A stretch of DNA of 64,000 nt. Origin: Eledone cirrhosa. Lineage: Eukaryota. The DNA is taken from NCBI GenBank assembly GCA_964016885.1, contig OZ024748.1, forward strand, positions 13,392,001-13,456,000. The letters run 5' to 3'. The notes below the pieces were generated by a model. The model was not told where the DNA came from. It searched no databases and saw nothing but the letters and a program-made list of their open reading frames with translations. Below are positions 62,160 to 64,000 of this stretch, one piece after another. Made by a program: the position numbers and the translations under genes. Numbering within the stretch: position 1 is the stretch's first letter; the number at the start of each line of letters is the position of its first letter.

Positions 62160-62366
62160 CTTAAATAAAAATATGTTTCTTAATTCCTCTCTGATCTCCA
62201 TTTCTGAACTATGATAGTAATTTATTTTCTATTAATCTGTTTCATTTTCATTTCCTATTGCACTGGAAATTTGTGTATATAGAAACATTTGATAATTTTT
62301 CAGCTCATCCTTGTTTTATCGCATATATATATAGACACACACACACACGCCCCCCGCCCCCCCCCC

Positions 62367-62447
<81 letters not shown>

Positions 62448-63521
62448 TATATTTTCCGACGGAATTACTTCATTTACACATATATAAATATATATATATG
62501 CGAAATATATATATATATATGCGAAAATATGAGTTATTCATATAATTCAAAGTACCAGCCTAGTGACACTTTCTGTCAAATTGAATCTCTTTAAGGACCA
62601 TGTAAACTGTACACGAGTTGTGACATTTTGAATATCAAATGAAACAATCCATGTCAAAGACACATTTATTTATGTTAAAACTCAATATGTCAGATAGCAA
62701 TAAAATCAATATCTCAGATCATATTATCGTGGAACCATATATACGGTCATCTGATCAGCTAAACTTAATGATCCACAACTCACACACATTACATTCTGTC
62801 ATCTGCCCTTGAAAGAAATATTGTAGTTATTAGGTTTATAATTTCACACCCCTTTAAGTTTGAAGTAGCACTAAAGGCACTCTTACTATTTTTAGCAATA
62901 GTCTCTTGTTTGTAGGAATCTAGAATGTACCAAGATTCCCTCGATGAACGCATCCCCAACGTATTTCACTAGAACGGGCCCTATATTTTGGTGATTCCTA
63001 CTGGAAAACGAAAACTGAAATGGTTCTTTTAAGGGGTTTGAATTCAAAATCTTAAACCCTAGCTATAACAATTAGGCCAATCCAGTACTTGACGATAGCT
63101 TTCTCCCTACATCAAACTGGTCATAGAAGACACAAATAAAGCCAAGGGTAATACCGTTCCCTCCCTGACTAAGCGATAAAAAGAAATAACACCAAGAAAC
63201 AAAAAAGATAAATAAGTTAATAGAAATATGAGACCCTTAAATGGTTTCGGTTACAATTTGAGTTTTTAGAGGCCACGCAACTGAAGACTCTAAGCTTTTA
63301 AGCCTCAACAAATTAGCCGAAGGTTATCAGCCTAGCATTGTTGGTAAATCTTTCGACTCAGGAGATAAGAAAATATGTTTTAAATGAGAAAATATCTTTA
63401 TATTGTATTTTGTAGCAGAACTTGTCCCTTCATTCTGTTGCCCTAAGGTGCAAACATACACTTAAGAAAATTATATATACATATATATATATATACATGT
63501 GTATGCATGTATATATATGCA

Positions 63522-63623
<102 letters not shown>

Positions 63624-63636
63624 TACATATATACAT

Positions 63637-63679
<43 letters not shown>

Positions 63680-64000
63680 ACGAGAGAGAGAGACACACAC
63701 ACACATATATATAATATATATGTATATAAATCGGTCATTACCCTATATATAGGTTTAAGGAGTTCAGTTTATGAGATATGAATGTAAATACAATTTAATT
63801 GCAGGAATAACAATAATAATAATAGTAATAATAATAATAATGATATGAGCATATTGATGATTATGATGATGATGATGATGATGTCAAAAATTGAAACAAC
63901 ATCTAGGATATAAATAAACAATTATTAATATATTCTTCTTCCTTTTCCTATCTAAATCTCCTCTCTCCTTCTTTATGTCTATATTTATATACGTATATAA

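Overview
AT-rich, microsatellite-saturated eukaryotic DNA with a 200-N gap at 25986-26185. The repeat families resemble those of coleoid cephalopods (Octopus-like); this is inferred from recognition, not from a search. No host gene is confidently identified, and almost every supplied ORF is a translation of a simple repeat. The non-simple sequence is mostly short mobile-element relics: tRNA-headed SINEs (at least 3 families), RTE-clade LINE 3' ends, restriction-like-endonuclease (R4/Dong-type) LINE 3' ends in (CATA)n or (TAA)n, a hAT-type MITE, and faint Gypsy and mariner relics. The main signal is a set of elements sitting in (TA)n tracts. Six intact-looking minimal type I hammerhead ribozyme motifs (CUGANGA / GAAA / palindromic stem III / UH) are readable directly, plus two degenerate ones. 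Several of these elements form asymmetric palindromes with one extended arm, the architecture of Penelope-like retroelement pseudo-LTRs. One family (about 12 copies) keeps only the 3' half of a hammerhead, with fixed outer ends and a variable fold-back centre.
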